From NCBI GenBank assembly GCA_028700905.1, contig JAQVRT010000013.1, positions 1 through 14,700 of the forward strand: a stretch of DNA of 14,700 nucleotides, in the 5' to 3' direction. Of the stretch, positions 14,070-14,700 are shown piece by piece. This DNA is from Candidatus Iainarchaeum sp. (lineage in GTDB: Archaea > Iainarchaeota > Iainarchaeia > Iainarchaeales > CSSED10-239). Below the pieces are notes generated by a model. The model did no database searches and was not told where the DNA came from. It was given only the letters and a program-made list of their open reading frames with translations. The position numbers and the translations under genes are program-made. Positions within the stretch are counted from its first letter, which is position 1; each line of letters opens with the position of its first letter.

Positions 14070-14700
14070 ATGACTAATTCTAATGAAAATTTTAATAGTT
14101 TAATTAAAGATAAAACTATTTTACAAGCAGTAACAAATATGGGTATTTTAAAACCAACTGAAATACAAGTGAAAGCAATACCTTTAATTTTAGAAGGAAA
14201 AAATATTATTGCAGAATCTGCAACAGGAACAGGAAAAACTGTTGCTTTCCTATCAGGTATTTTGCCAAATATTAATAAAGAAAAGAAAGTTCAAGCATTA
14301 ATTATTGTTCCAACAAGAGAACTTGCTTTACAAGTTTTTAAAGAAGTTAAAAAAATGTCTGAAGTTAAAAAATTAATTTCATGTGCAGTATATGGAGGAG
14401 AATCTGTTTCTCAACAAGCAAAAGATATTAGATTTTCTGATATTGTGATTGGGACTCCTGGAAGATTAATTGATCAAATGTCAAGAGGGAATTTAAACTT
14501 AAAGTCTGTTAAATTTTTAGTTTTAGATGAAGCTGACAGAATGTGTGATATGGGTTTTGCAGAAGATATTTCTAAAATTATTGATATAATTCCAATTTCT
14601 AGACAAACTTTAATGTTTTCTGCAACAATTACAAAAGATGTTTCAAATATTGAAAGAAAATATATTCCAAATGCAGAAAGAGTTTCTGTTGAATCAAAAG
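14070..14700 (+). CDS. DEAD-box ATP-dependent RNA helicase (5' partial, continues past window end)
   Basis: From ATG at 14070 the frame stays open to the window edge. It is absent from the ORF track because it has no stop. Motifs present are the Q motif (KPTEIQ), motif I SATGTGKT, Ia PTRELA, Ib GTPGR, II DEAD and III SAT. Confidence 0.9.
   Translation, partial: MTNSNENFNSLIKDKTILQAVTNMGILKPTEIQVKAIPLILEGKNIIAESATGTGKTVAFLSGILPNINKEKKVQALIIVPTRELALQVFKEVKKMSEVKKLISCAVYGGESVSQQAKDIRFSDIVIGTPGRLIDQMSRGNLNLKSVKFLVLDEADRMCDMGFAEDISKIIDIIPISRQTLMFSATITKDVSNIERKYIPNAERVSVESK

Noticed and set aside
1-14700. Alternative genetic code (TGA recoded), as in some very AT-rich uncultured lineages
   Set aside because: TGA terminates three genes at family-appropriate lengths (7339, 8092, 12912). 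Conserved tryptophans are TGG, and long conserved proteins such as UvrB are uninterrupted under the standard code.

Overview
Very AT-rich (about three quarters A+T by eye), gene-dense prokaryotic window read with the standard code. TGA, TAA and TAG all terminate full-length proteins and Trp is TGG. Most genes lie on the + strand. Confident calls are UvrB, a GcvH-like lipoyl carrier, an AhpD/CMD-family CxxC protein, a catalytic-domain-only lipoate-protein ligase, a DEDDh (DnaQ-like) exonuclease, a PspC-domain protein, deoxyhypusine synthase, a compact group IV PLP decarboxylase, a 5' partial DEAD-box helicase and three GNAT acetyltransferases. Deoxyhypusine synthase, a VapB-type antitoxin remnant, compact proteins and GGTGA-type Shine-Dalgarno sites only on internal operon genes suggest a small-genome, DPANN-like archaeon. 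A low-GC bacterium cannot be excluded, because no rRNA or ribosomal marker is present. Four things deserve a second look. (1) An operon-like block at 5589/6083-8850 couples an exported CPHC thioredoxin fused to a DsbD/CcdA-like membrane domain with GcvH, an AhpD-like protein and LplA. No glycine-cleavage or 2-oxoacid dehydrogenase partner is in the window, so this may be a lipoyl-driven thiol-redox relay. (2) A translationally overlapping tandem pair of paralogous proteins with no recognisable domain (8864-10253, minus strand) sits behind a perfect 20-bp palindrome. (3) The deoxyhypusine synthase and decarboxylase genes flank an unknown 209-aa gene in a tightly coupled cluster. (4) Two GNAT paralogs have nucleotide-identical ends and diverged cores, and they bracket a third GNAT and a DUF2330-like surface protein. 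A frameshifted antitoxin followed by about 300 nt without a gene looks like a decayed toxin-antitoxin locus. No tRNA, rRNA, CRISPR array or transposase was seen.
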